Shown here: one piece after another, positions 27,807-37,782 of the stretch
Layout: each line of letters opens with the position of its first letter
Numbering within the stretch: position 1 is the stretch's first letter
Source of the DNA: a bacterium
GTDB taxonomy: Bacteria; JADJOY01
DNA length: 64,000 nucleotides
Direction: 5' to 3'
NCBI GenBank assembly: GCA_046331705.1
Contig: JAXLQJ010000028.1
Coordinates: forward strand, 1 to 64,000
Notes under the pieces: model-generated
What the model saw: the letters and a program-made list of their open reading frames with translations, nothing else
What the model was told of the DNA's origin: nothing
The model's database searches: none
Position numbers and translations under genes: made by a program

Positions 27807-29284
27807 GGCGCCGCCCCCAGCGACGGCTCGATCTCGTAGACGCCGCATCCGGAGGCGACCCAAACGTGTCCGGACTCGGGGTCCACGATGGCGTTCCGAG
27901 CCAGCCGGCCCACGTGCGCCGCGGGCGGCGATCGCCAATCGCCGGCGCCGAACCACGCGAGCAAGGCACCGGAGGTGAACGAGAGCGTGTACCAGCGCTG
28001 ATCCACGGGGTTCACCAGCACCAGCTGCGGCATCGCGTGGAACGTCATCGCCGGAACGTGCGTGCCGCTCTTCAGATTCACGCGTTCCAGTTGCCAGCGC
28101 ACCGGCGAGAGCAGGTACGCGAGCTCACGCTCGGGATCGACGACGGCCGAGGCGGCGAGCCAAAACGGCAGCTTCCGCTCGCGAAAGGCGAGCGAGTCGA
28201 GGTCGAGGGAGATGAGCGTGCCCTCGAGCGCCGGAACCCACAGCATGCGCCCGCCATCGGTGAAGCTGGGAATGCCAACGCGCCGACCCACCGCGATCGT
28301 CTGGCCGTCTTGCTCGCTCTCGGCGCTGAAACGAGCGAGCGAGTGGAAGTCGCCGGCATCGAGCACCTCGATCACCACGTCGTGATAGAGCGCGTCACCC
28401 TCCGCCGGCCAGAAGAGCACGAAGAGCTTGCCGTCGCGGTGCACGATGCCGTGCGCCTCGCCACCGAGGCGCACCAACCTCCGGAACGCGAGCCCCGCGG
28501 AGATGTCGAGCTCCGCGAGGCAATAGACGCCGTTTCCCGAGGTGAGCGCGAAGAGACGGCGGCCCGCGGAGTCGAGCGCCAGCCGATCCGGGTAGAGCGT
28601 GCACGTCTCGTTCGCCGGCAAGGCCACGTTCGTCACGCTGCCGTCGCGCGCGATTGCCGTGAGCTGTCCGCCCAGCGCCGTGGTCCAGAAAGCACTCTGG
28701 TGCGAGACGAAGATGCGCCCATCGAGTGGATCCCGCGCCACGTCGTACGGGTTGCTGAAGCGCAGCCCGGGCGAGGCGTCGATCTGGCTTCGCGACAGCA
28801 CCACGTGCGTGCGCGGGTTCGTGCCCTCACCCGGGCAACGCGACGCGAGCGGCGGCACGCGAATGCCCATCACCACGGCGAACGCGATCCACGCGAATCC
28901 CATCAACGACGGCAGCAACGCGAAGCGCCGCGCGCGCACCATTCGCAAGAGCGCCACCGCCACCATGCACGCAGCAGCCGCCGCCACACCCACGCGTGTG
29001 TAGGCGTAGAACCAGATCCAGTAGAAGAGCGTGGGCAGGATCAGCGCGAGCTTCGCGAGCGCGCCGAGCACACGGAGCCACCAGCGACCACGAACGCGCG
29101 CGACGAAGCCTCGGACCTCGGGGATCCGCTCGAGGCGCACGGACACCAGCGCCAGCACGGCGAACACGGCCAACGCCAGCAGCGCGCGGTGCGGCCCGTA
29201 GATCTCGATCGGAAAGCGAATGATCTCCTGCGGCAGCACCCAGAAGACCAAGAGCGCGAAACGCCGGAGCGTAGTCACGAGCAT
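27803..29284 (-). CDS. Membrane-anchored beta-propeller protein, paralog 6
   Basis: N-terminal TM helices; NPYDVARDPLDGRIFVS, LALDSAGRRLFA, VGRLARNAIVDPESGHVWVASGCGV. Confidence 0.68.
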   Translation of the reverse strand: MLVTTLRRFALLVFWVLPQEIIRFPIEIYGPHRALLALAVFAVLALVSVRLERIPEVRGFVARVRGRWWLRVLGALAKLALILPTLFYWIWFYAYTRVGVAAAAACMVAVALLRMVRARRFALLPSLMGFAWIAFAVVMGIRVPPLASRCPGEGTNPRTHVVLSRSQIDASPGLRFSNPYDVARDPLDGRIFVSHQSAFWTTALGGQLTAIARDGSVTNVALPANETCTLYPDRLALDSAGRRLFALTSGNGVYCLAELDISAGLAFRRLVRLGGEAHGIVHRDGKLFVLFWPAEGDALYHDVVIEVLDAGDFHSLARFSAESEQDGQTIAVGRRVGIPSFTDGGRMLWVPALEGTLISLDLDSLAFRERKLPFWLAASAVVDPERELAYLLSPVRWQLERVNLKSGTHVPAMTFHAMPQLVLVNPVDQRWYTLSFTSGALLAWFGAGDWRSPPAAHVGRLARNAIVDPESGHVWVASGCGVYEIEPSLGAAP

Positions 29285-31245
29285 CCCGGCGCTCCCGGCG
29301 AAGGATCGATGCGTCGCAGGGGCTCGCTGCCTGGCGCGATCCACACCTGACCGTCGCGCGCCGCCACGGCCATGAGCGGCGCATCCGTGGCGCAACGCGT
29401 GAGCACGCGTTTGGGCTGGCGATCGACCAGCTCGATCACCCACAGCCCGCGCTCGTGAGCGGCGACGTAGAGCTTGTCGCCATCGACGGCGAGGCCGACG
29501 GGATACGTGATGCCGAGACGCATGCGACGACCGAGGCGCTCGGGCTCGTCGGGATTCGACACGTCGAGCGCGGTCACGGCACCGAGATCGGCGACGTAGA
29601 GCGTGTGGCCTTGGGCCGCGAACGCGAGCGGTTCGTCGACGGTATCGGGGATCTGACCCAGATCGCGCCAGCTCGGTTCGCCCTGCGCATCGAAGCGCAC
29701 GAAGCCGAGGCCGTGGTGGAGCGCCGCCACCCACACCGCGTCACCGGCGCGAATCGCGCGCCACGCGTAGCCGGGCCGATTGAAGAGATGCGTGCGCGCG
29801 AGGCGGCCCGACTCGTCGCGTCGCAACACCGACACCGGGCCTTCGCCCCCCACGGTGATGATCCGCTCGCCGAGCATCTCGGTGCGGCGCACGTGCTGCT
29901 CGATCTCGAAGGTCTGCACGAGCCGCGGCGCCGCGGGATCGGACACATCCCACTCGGTGAGGCCGCCCGTGACTTCGGAAACGAAGGCGCGACCGTCGCG
30001 CACCATCACGTGCTGGGCGGTGCCACGGGTGGGGATGTTCGAGAGCTTTGAGGGCGTGCCGTCCGCGGCGAGGGCGTAGAGATCGACACCGCCGCTCCCC
30101 TTGGCGACGGCCGCGTGACCGGGAAAGAGCTCGATGAAGTGCGAGAAGCCTCGTGGCGAGAATTCGCCCAGGAGACGCGCGCTCGCGGGGTTCACGACGT
30201 CGTAGACCGCGAAGCCACGAGCGCCGCGGGTCACGACCATCCGCCCCTTCTCACACGACACGTGCACCGGCGTGCCCGCGACGTCGATGCGACTCACGAG
30301 CTTGGGCGCATCGGGATCGAGGAGATCCACGACGAAGACGCCACTGGCGTAGTCGGCGACACACAACCGGCTCAGGGCCGGATCCACGCTCACCCCGCGG
30401 ATGTGAACCCCGGCGGGGAGCGGCACGAGGTTCGGCGGAACCGGCCCGCCATCGGTGCGCGCGATACCGAGCCCGAGATTCCCCATGCCGAAGTAGACGT
30501 ACGGGCGATTCACCGCGACGTCGAAGGGCGGCGGCTCGGGCAATCCCGCCGCACCTGGCGGAACCTCGGCGATGCGCCGGTTGGTGAGTGCCGCACCGCT
30601 CGCGAGATCGATCTGGATCACACCGTAGCCACCCACGCTCACCCAACCGGACTCACCATCGATGGCCGCGCCTTGCCCCACACCGGGCGTGACCTGGCTG
30701 CCGACGAGCTTGGGATGGGCTGGATCACTCACGTCGGCGACGAAGAAACCGCCAGCCCGCGCCGCCACCAGCGCGCGATCGCCGTAGACGGCCATGTCGT
30801 AGCCGTAGATCAGGTGATCGGGCTCGCTCTTCGGCGACAGGTAGCGGCGCACCTTGGGCCGCATCCGGTCCGAGAGATCGAGGACTCCCATGCCCTTGTC
30901 GCCGGCGGTGGTGAAGCCCCAACCCGGACGCACGATCAGGCGGTGCAGGAACTGGGCGAGCACCGTCGAGTACACGGGGCGGTACGTGGCCGTTCGATCC
31001 AGCACGAACACCGACAGCGTCGTGCCCTGAAACGCCATCGCATGCGTCGGGTCGACGACGACGGCGTCCGTGGTGATCTCGTCCCACGGCTCGCGCACCA
31101 CGTCGTGGAAGCGCAGGTGGCGCCACACGTTAGGCCCGAGGTCCGCGAGCGTGGCGATCACGAAGGCCAGCACCACGACGCCGACCCCCTGCGCGATCCG
31201 GCGCAGCCCACGTCGCAGGCGCGAGTGCCGCGCGGCGGCGGTCAC
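29275..31245 (-). CDS. LVIVD-repeat protein with N-terminal membrane anchor
   Basis: Repeats such as GFFVADVSDPAHPKLVGS, GVFVVDLLDPDAPKLVS, GFAVYDVVNPAS, GLTEWDVSDPAAPRLV, ALDVSNPDEP; GTGA overlap with the upstream cytochrome gene. Confidence 0.78.
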   Translation of the reverse strand: MTAAARHSRLRRGLRRIAQGVGVVVLAFVIATLADLGPNVWRHLRFHDVVREPWDEITTDAVVVDPTHAMAFQGTTLSVFVLDRTATYRPVYSTVLAQFLHRLIVRPGWGFTTAGDKGMGVLDLSDRMRPKVRRYLSPKSEPDHLIYGYDMAVYGDRALVAARAGGFFVADVSDPAHPKLVGSQVTPGVGQGAAIDGESGWVSVGGYGVIQIDLASGAALTNRRIAEVPPGAAGLPEPPPFDVAVNRPYVYFGMGNLGLGIARTDGGPVPPNLVPLPAGVHIRGVSVDPALSRLCVADYASGVFVVDLLDPDAPKLVSRIDVAGTPVHVSCEKGRMVVTRGARGFAVYDVVNPASARLLGEFSPRGFSHFIELFPGHAAVAKGSGGVDLYALAADGTPSKLSNIPTRGTAQHVMVRDGRAFVSEVTGGLTEWDVSDPAAPRLVQTFEIEQHVRRTEMLGERIITVGGEGPVSVLRRDESGRLARTHLFNRPGYAWRAIRAGDAVWVAALHHGLGFVRFDAQGEPSWRDLGQIPDTVDEPLAFAAQGHTLYVADLGAVTALDVSNPDEPERLGRRMRLGITYPVGLAVDGDKLYVAAHERGLWVIELVDRQPKRVLTRCATDAPLMAVAARDGQVWIAPGSEPLRRIDPSPGAPGCS

Positions 31246-33338
31246 GTCGGGCCCCCGGCTTCCGCCCGCGCCAGCTCCTCGATGGGCAGCGGCACGGCGG
31301 CGGCGCCGAGGACCTCGCGGGCGAGCCACGGCGCCAGCGCGCGATGCCGCCAGCGCGCCTCGACGCGAAACGGCGGCCGCGCATCGGCCGGAACCGCGAA
31401 CGCGAATCGTTCCTCGTGGATCATTCCCGGCTGGATGCGCGGACCCGGAACCGCCGCCGGCGCGCCGCTCGCCAACCACACGTCGACCGGATCGCCAGGC
31501 CGCGGTCGCGGCACGCCGAGACGCCGCGTCTCGACGTCGAGCTCGTCGCGCTCACCCGCGCTGCCGCTCGCGAGGATCGTGCGCCCAGCGCCGTCGTTGA
31601 CGGTCAGCGCGAGCCAGGTCTCCGCCGACGTCGCGACGAGCGCCGGCAGCGCGTGGCCCAGCCGCCGCGAGCCGGTGCGGACCGCGATCTCGGCATTCGC
31701 GCCGGGCCTGAGCCGCTCGACGCCATCGATCGTGACATCGAGCAGCGGCAAGCCTCGGTAGTGGCGCTGATAGGCGCGCACCTGGGGATCGCGCATCACC
31801 CGAAGATACGTGAGGAGGCTCGGGCGAACCTCGAGCGTCCCGTCGAGCCAGCCACGCGCCGCCTCGGCCGCCCGCGCGAGGTCCGGATCGCCGGCGCTCG
31901 GATCGGGCACCAGCCGCGGCAACGACGTGCTGCGCCCCAGCGTGTGGTGATCCCACGGCGGATGCGCCCAATCCAGCTCGAACATGTGCATATGGCATTC
32001 GCGACAACCGATGCCTTCCGCGGCGAGTCCGCTCGCCTGCCACGTGGCATAGGTGTCGAGGCCGTGCGCGCCCGCCGCGCCCTCCTGATGGCACGGCGCG
32101 CAGAGCTCGGCCTGCTTGCGGGGGGGGCGCATGTAGTTGGCGCGATGTGGCTTCACCCAGCGATAGACGAGATCGATCTCCAGCGGGTGCGTGAGCGCGC
32201 CGCTGCCCGCGAGATCCGGCAGGTAGACCTCGGGCTCGCGAAGCGTGAAGCGCCCATCGCCGAGCGGCGTGGGCGCCGAGTCGAGCGCATGGCACGCCAC
32301 GCACGAAACGCCCTCGTCGCTCAGCCGGACGCTCACGGCGGCGTCGCCGGCGCCACGCTCACCGAGCACCGCTCGCACGGGATCGTGGCAGCGCCCGCAG
32401 CTCGCCGCCGCTCCCGCGCCGGCGCGCGCCGTCAGTCGCGCGACGGCGTACGTGTACGGTCGATTCGTGGCGGAGTAACGGTGCGCCGACACCGCCCATT
32501 CCTGGTAGCTCTCGAGGTGGCACTCGGGCAGACCGCATCCCGCCGAAGGGATCGTGAGCGAGGTGCGCGGCGAGGCATCGGGCGCGGCGCTCGGCGTGGG
32601 GGCGAGCGCTCGCGCCGCCAGCAAGCGGCCGCCGAGCGCCGTGAGCCCGACGGGGACCCCGATCGCCAGCGCGAGCAGATACGCGAACCCCGGCCGGCGC
32701 GCGAGCCACGCGCCCCAGCGGCGCGCCGTCGCGGCGCACACCAGCGCCAGCAGCAGCGCCGAGGCGAGATGGACGTGGTTGAGGATGTTGGTGATCGTGC
32801 CCAGCGACTTGAAGACGCCCAGGTAAAACCCGCTCGCCAGCGCCATCAGCGCCGCGGGCCAGCCGATCGCCACCGCCGTCGCGACCCAGCGCGGCGACCG
32901 CCGCGACTGGCGAGCACGAAAGAAGAGCGCCAGCGGCACCAACAGCGAGAGCCACGCGGCGACCGCGCTCTCCATCGGCACGTAGCCGGCGCTGAAGATC
33001 AGGAACGGCACGGTCGCGAGCGCGAGCGCCAACGCGAGCACCACGAAGCCCGCGTGGGTCCAGCCGATGCCCCCCACGACCGTGACGAGCAGGAAGAGCA
33101 CCAGCGCCACGATCCCCGCGCGAACGTGAACGTGGAGAGCGCCCAAGAGCGCCAGATCCAGCGCGCCTCGCGCAGCCATGCCGACACCGGTGACGAGCAA
33201 TGCCGCCGCCAGCCCGGCCACCGCGGTGCCCAACCCAGCAGCCACGGCTCGGGGCCGCTTCGGTGCGCCGACGCTCAACGCCCGCTCGGCTGCCGACGCG
33301 ACACGACGCCCCCCGCGTGCTTCACCAGCACCACGCAA
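31242..33338 (-). CDS. Membrane-anchored pentaheme c-type cytochrome (start uncertain)
   Basis: TM domain with HVH motifs; CGLPECH, CGRCH, CVACH, CAPCH, CRECH; YQEWAVSAH; C-terminal GHALP...TWLALTV...ASG. Confidence 0.8.
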   Translation of the reverse strand: MRGAGEARGGRRVASAAERALSVGAPKRPRAVAAGLGTAVAGLAAALLVTGVGMAARGALDLALLGALHVHVRAGIVALVLFLLVTVVGGIGWTHAGFVVLALALALATVPFLIFSAGYVPMESAVAAWLSLLVPLALFFRARQSRRSPRWVATAVAIGWPAALMALASGFYLGVFKSLGTITNILNHVHLASALLLALVCAATARRWGAWLARRPGFAYLLALAIGVPVGLTALGGRLLAARALAPTPSAAPDASPRTSLTIPSAGCGLPECHLESYQEWAVSAHRYSATNRPYTYAVARLTARAGAGAAASCGRCHDPVRAVLGERGAGDAAVSVRLSDEGVSCVACHALDSAPTPLGDGRFTLREPEVYLPDLAGSGALTHPLEIDLVYRWVKPHRANYMRPPRKQAELCAPCHQEGAAGAHGLDTYATWQASGLAAEGIGCRECHMHMFELDWAHPPWDHHTLGRSTSLPRLVPDPSAGDPDLARAAEAARGWLDGTLEVRPSLLTYLRVMRDPQVRAYQRHYRGLPLLDVTIDGVERLRPGANAEIAVRTGSRRLGHALPALVATSAETWLALTVNDGAGRTILASGSAGERDELDVETRRLGVPRPRPGDPVDVWLASGAPAAVPGPRIQPGMIHEERFAFAVPADARPPFRVEARWRHRALAPWLAREVLGAAAVPLPIEELARAEAGGPT

Positions 33339-33817
33339 GCCGGCGCGGACGCCGCGGTGATCGCGATCAGAGAAGGGACGAACCCAAGCACGCGCGGCCG
33401 ATCGTCTCGCGAAACCGGAACGGGCCGCCCATTCTGTGAACCACGCCGCGCTCAGTCAACGCACGCGGCGAGCGAGCCCAGCACCGTCGGCGTCGAGCTG
33501 GTCGACGTTTGCGATCACCGGGCGGTCGTCGCAGACCCGCGGAAGCCCATCTGCCCGGCTTGCTCCGCCTCGTTCGACGGCTGGGTATGCGGATACTCGC
33601 TCTCGCGATCGCACTCGGCCCCGTCGCGTCGACCCCGCGCGTCGACCCCATGCGCGAACGGGCGGGGGCTGCTAGACTCGACGGCGCGTTCGGTGCCCGC
33701 GTCCGGCATCGCCTCCCCCCTTCGACTGGACGAGCGTTGACTGCACCCGCCGTGCGCACGACGCACGGTACCCGGGTCGGATCGAATGACCCGAGTCGCC
33801 TGAGCCGAGCCCTGGGG

Positions 33818-35260
33818 ATGCGCGTACTGCTGGTCAATCTCGCCGCCGGCGACACCGACTTCATCGACAAAGGTCGGGTCTGGCGCAGCATCTACCGGCG
33901 GCCCTATCTCGGTCTCCAGTACCTCTCGGCGTACCTGAAGCAGCACGGCCACCGCGTCGATCTCGTCGACTGTCAGGTCGAGCCGCTGGGAGCGAGCGCG
34001 CTCGCGGAGCGCGCGCGGCGCGGCGGCTATGGGCTGGTGGGCTTCTTCGCGATCTACGTGAATCGCGAGCAACTCCTCGCGTGCGTCGGCGAGATCCGCG
34101 ATCGCGTGGGCGTTCCCGTGGTGGTCGGCGGCCCGGACTGCTTCAACGACGAGGCATACCTGCGCGCCGGCGTCGACTACGTGGTGCGCGGCGAAGGCGA
34201 GGTCACGCTCCTCGAGCTGGTCGAGCGCATCGACGCCGGCAAACCGGTGGACGACGTGCTCGGCCTCTCGCGGCTCGAGCGTGGCGAGCTGCTCCGCCAT
34301 CCCGACCGCCCGTTCATCGCCGACGTGGATTCACTGCCGTTTCCCGATCGTTCGCACTATCCGATCCACGTGTGGCACGACTACATGGACTTCAACATGC
34401 GGAAGCCCTTCGCGACGCTGATCACGTCGCGCGGTTGTCCGTATGGGTGTGAGTTCTGCGACTCGCCGAGCCTCTGGCAACGCAAGGTTCGACAGCGCTC
34501 GCCGGCGAACGTGCTCGCGGAGGTCGACGAGCTGGTACGCGAGCACGGCGTCCGCTACCTGCTCTTCTCGGACGACATCTTCGGCATCTCGTTCGAGTGG
34601 CAGAAGGAGTTCTGCGAGGCGCTCGCGGCGCGCCGCTACGATCTCGGCTACTTCTGCCTGATCCACCCGCTCGTCTACGGCCAGCACACCGAGGAGCGCA
34701 TGGAGCTGCTGGCGCGTTCGGGCTGCAGGACCTTCCACATCGGCGTGCAATCGGCGAGCGAGAACGTGCTGCGCTCGAGCGGCCGCTTCCCGGGCGAGCT
34801 TCGCCACCACCGCCCCATCGTCGAGCTGGCGCGGCGCCACGGCATCCTCTCGTTCACCACGTTCATCCATGGGCTGCCGGGCGATACCCGCGAGGGTTTC
34901 GCCGAGTCGCGTGCCTTCGTGAAGAAGATGTCGCCGGATTACGCGCTCTTCCTGCCGCTCAAGGTGTTCGCGGGGTCGACGCTCGAGGGCAAGCTCACGC
35001 GTGGGGAGCGCGAGCTGCCCGGCTTCACCTGGGAGGAGCTGGTACGCGAGTGCCGGCGCTCGGAGCTCGAGTTCTATCGCCACCCCGGTCGCTCGCTTCG
35101 GCTCTTCGCGTACGTGCTGCGGCACAATCCGGCGTGGCTGGTCACGCGCGGCTGGTACGCCGTGTACATGATCGTGCGCACGCTGTGGATCGGGCTCTTG
35201 CCCGCGGCCCGCCCCCACGATCGCGATTCCGCGACCCTTCCCGCGCTCAGCTCCGCTTGA
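33818..35260 (+). CDS. Cobalamin-binding (class B) radical SAM protein
   Basis: PYLGLQYLSAYLK, VVVGGP, VRGEGE (B12-binding domain); TSRGCPYGCEFC; FSDDIF; FIHGLPGDT. Start ATG 33818. Confidence 0.88.
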   Translation: MRVLLVNLAAGDTDFIDKGRVWRSIYRRPYLGLQYLSAYLKQHGHRVDLVDCQVEPLGASALAERARRGGYGLVGFFAIYVNREQLLACVGEIRDRVGVPVVVGGPDCFNDEAYLRAGVDYVVRGEGEVTLLELVERIDAGKPVDDVLGLSRLERGELLRHPDRPFIADVDSLPFPDRSHYPIHVWHDYMDFNMRKPFATLITSRGCPYGCEFCDSPSLWQRKVRQRSPANVLAEVDELVREHGVRYLLFSDDIFGISFEWQKEFCEALAARRYDLGYFCLIHPLVYGQHTEERMELLARSGCRTFHIGVQSASENVLRSSGRFPGELRHHRPIVELARRHGILSFTTFIHGLPGDTREGFAESRAFVKKMSPDYALFLPLKVFAGSTLEGKLTRGERELPGFTWEELVRECRRSELEFYRHPGRSLRLFAYVLRHNPAWLVTRGWYAVYMIVRTLWIGLLPAARPHDRDSATLPALSSA

Positions 35261-35270
35261 CCGACCTCGC

Positions 35271-36800
35271 GTGAACGCGCTCGAAGGCCCCGTCTACCAC
35301 CCGATCCCGCCGGGGGCGGACTGGCTCACTCGTCTCTCCTATCGAGTCGAGTGGCTCTCGGTGGCGACCGAGGGCCGCATGCACCTGCTGGTGCTGCTCG
35401 GGCCGCCGCTCTTCACGATCGCGTGCCTGATCGCGGCGCGGCTCACGCGCCGCTGGCCGTGGATCGCGTGGCTCGCGCGCGCGGCGGCGGTGGTGGCGCC
35501 GGTGGTGGCGCTGCGCCCGTTCTTCTTCTCGACGTGGGTGCTCGCGAAGGGCCAGCTCGCCGTGCTCGCGATCCCCTACCCGCTGGCGCTGTGGCGCGGG
35601 CGTGGCAAGCGCACCGTGGCGGCGCGCCTCTATCGCGGCACGGTGTGGGCGACCTTCCTGCTGGCGCTCTTGCCGTTCGGGAACATCGCCGCGTCCTACA
35701 ACCGCACTCACGACTGCGAACGCGTCCAGGCCGACTCGCGCGTGCGTTTCCTCTTCTCGTTCTGCGATCCGAGCTGGGAGAAGACGTTCCACGAGGTCCT
35801 CGGCGCCGATGCCGAGATCCACGCCCGCGAGTCGCGTTCCATCGCCGTGTCCGACGACGGACGCTTCGCGTTCCTGGGCGTGGGTTACGAGGACGAGCCC
35901 GCGGTCTGGCCGTATCTCGTCGTGGATCGCGCGAGCGGCGCGATCGTGAAGGCGGAGCCGCATCGCACGATCTTCGACATCGCGTGCGTTCCGGGCTCGG
36001 GCCGCTGCTTCGGCAGCCAAGCGTGGGAGTCCGCCATCCACGTCCTCGATCAAGCAAGCCAGAGCTGGGTCGAGGCGCTGCGAGCCCCGTTCAAGCCGCG
36101 CTTTCTCGCGGTGGACCCGGTGCGCGGGCGGCTGGTGCTCACGGGCGCGCTCGGCGTTCAGCTCGCGTTCCTCGACGCGCGCACCCTCGCCTTCGACGAC
36201 GTGAGCGCGCTCGCGCCGCTGCGCAGCCCGGCTAGCTCGGCGGCCTACGACCCGGTGCGCGATCGCGTGTTCGTGACCGGCGAGCTCCACTCGCGCACCT
36301 CGCTCAAGTACGCGACCGGCCCGGACTACCGCTTCGAGTCGTACGTGAGCCCGGTGATGGACTGGCTGCACCACATGGGCACCTCGGTCGGCCTCCAGCT
36401 CGATCCCGAGACTCGCGAGCTCTTCATCGCGTACACCTTCACTGGCGAGGTGGGGATCTTCGACGTCGACGACGTGGAGCCGAAAGGCAGCATCCAGCTC
36501 CAGACCGGGCTCCGCGAGCTCGCCTACGACCGCACCAGGAAAGTGCTCTACGCCGGCAACTTCCTGACGGGCGACATCCACGTGGTGGACGTTCCCACGC
36601 GGCGCGAGATCGACCGGATCTTCGTGGGCCGCCTGATCCGCCAGATCACGTGGGCGCCTGCCATCGATCGATTGCTGGTGACCTCGGCGAACGGCTTCCT
36701 GGAGGTGGACCCGCGTCTGCCGGGCTCGGCGCCGGCCATCCAGCGCCTTCACAGGCTCCCCCCCGAACTGCACGATCGCCTTCACCTGCTCGCGGAGTGA
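35271..36800 (+). CDS. Membrane-anchored beta-propeller protein (YncE-like), paralog 7
   Basis: N-terminal TM helices; PRFLAVDPVRGRL, AYDPVRDRVFV, LRELAYDRTRKVLYAGNFLTGDI, FVGRLIRQI. Confidence 0.7.
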   Translation: MNALEGPVYHPIPPGADWLTRLSYRVEWLSVATEGRMHLLVLLGPPLFTIACLIAARLTRRWPWIAWLARAAAVVAPVVALRPFFFSTWVLAKGQLAVLAIPYPLALWRGRGKRTVAARLYRGTVWATFLLALLPFGNIAASYNRTHDCERVQADSRVRFLFSFCDPSWEKTFHEVLGADAEIHARESRSIAVSDDGRFAFLGVGYEDEPAVWPYLVVDRASGAIVKAEPHRTIFDIACVPGSGRCFGSQAWESAIHVLDQASQSWVEALRAPFKPRFLAVDPVRGRLVLTGALGVQLAFLDARTLAFDDVSALAPLRSPASSAAYDPVRDRVFVTGELHSRTSLKYATGPDYRFESYVSPVMDWLHHMGTSVGLQLDPETRELFIAYTFTGEVGIFDVDDVEPKGSIQLQTGLRELAYDRTRKVLYAGNFLTGDIHVVDVPTRREIDRIFVGRLIRQITWAPAIDRLLVTSANGFLEVDPRLPGSAPAIQRLHRLPPELHDRLHLLAE

Positions 36801-36807
36801 CGAACCG

Positions 36808-37782
36808 ATGAAGGTGGCCGCCCGTGCCGTGCTGCTGGCGCTCTTCGCGGGAGCGTTGATCGTGGCGATCGGCCCGGCGGTCGTCCCTCCTCCCAACGTG
36901 TCGCTCCCCGGCGGCACACCGGTCGCGAGTGGCGAGGTCTCGCCCGCCGCCGGCGAGGCGATCTTCTGGGGCAAGGGGCGCTGCTTCACCTGCCATTCGG
37001 TGGGGGACCGCGGCGGCGAGCGGCGCTGCCCGAACCTCGGCGCGAGCGACGATCAACCGGCGATCGGTGCCCGGGCAGCCGCGCGCGCCGAGGCGCTGCG
37101 CGGCGCACGGGGTGCCGATCTCACCCCCACCGACTATCTCGTCGAGTCGCTGGTGAATCCCACCGCCTACGTCGTGGCGGGCTTCAAGCCCGAGATGCCG
37201 GCCGTGATGAAGCCGCCGCTCGCGCTCTCCAGCGACGAAGTGCGAGCGCTCGTGGCGTATCTCCAGAGCCTCGGTGGTGCCGTGAACGTCGCGGCGATCC
37301 GGATGCCCGCGCTGCTCGGGCCGGCTTCTGCCGCCGTCGAGACCTGGGCGCCCTATCTCGCCGGCGATCCCGCGCGCGGCGAGCAGCTCTTCTTCGATCC
37401 GAAGGGCGTGGGGTGCGCGGCCTGCCACCGGATCGGCGAGCGCGGCGGCCGCGTCGGCCCCGAGCTGACGCACCTCGGTGCGATTCGCGAGCCGCGCCAG
37501 ATCCTCGAATCGATCCTCGATCCGAGCGCCCAGATCTCGAACGGCTTCGAGGGCGTCGAGATCGAGACCCGCGACCACGAGTCGGTGGTCGGCACCCTCG
37601 CCGGCGAGGACGAGACGAGCGTGACGCTGGCGCTCGCGAGCGGCACCTCGCGAACCATCGCGAAGACCGAGATCGTCCGCCGCGACACCGTCCGGACTTC
37701 GCTCATGCCCGGCAACTTCGCCGAGCTGCTGCGCGTCACCGAGCTCCACGACCTGCTCGCCTACCTCACGGCCCAACGATGA
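36808..37782 (+). CDS. Diheme c-type cytochrome; second domain resembles the PVC-type putative heme-binding domain
   Basis: Signal/TM anchor; CFTCH...YLVESLVNP...EMP; GDPARGEQLFF...CAACH...GPELT...ILESILDPSA...SLMP. Confidence 0.82.
   Translation: MKVAARAVLLALFAGALIVAIGPAVVPPPNVSLPGGTPVASGEVSPAAGEAIFWGKGRCFTCHSVGDRGGERRCPNLGASDDQPAIGARAAARAEALRGARGADLTPTDYLVESLVNPTAYVVAGFKPEMPAVMKPPLALSSDEVRALVAYLQSLGGAVNVAAIRMPALLGPASAAVETWAPYLAGDPARGEQLFFDPKGVGCAACHRIGERGGRVGPELTHLGAIREPRQILESILDPSAQISNGFEGVEIETRDHESVVGTLAGEDETSVTLALASGTSRTIAKTEIVRRDTVRTSLMPGNFAELLRVTELHDLLAYLTAQR

Noticed and set aside
33624-33650. Short direct repeat GCGTCGACCCC x2 in the divergent promoter region
   Set aside because: Only two GC-rich copies, compatible with chance; not a CRISPR array, and not supportable as an operator.
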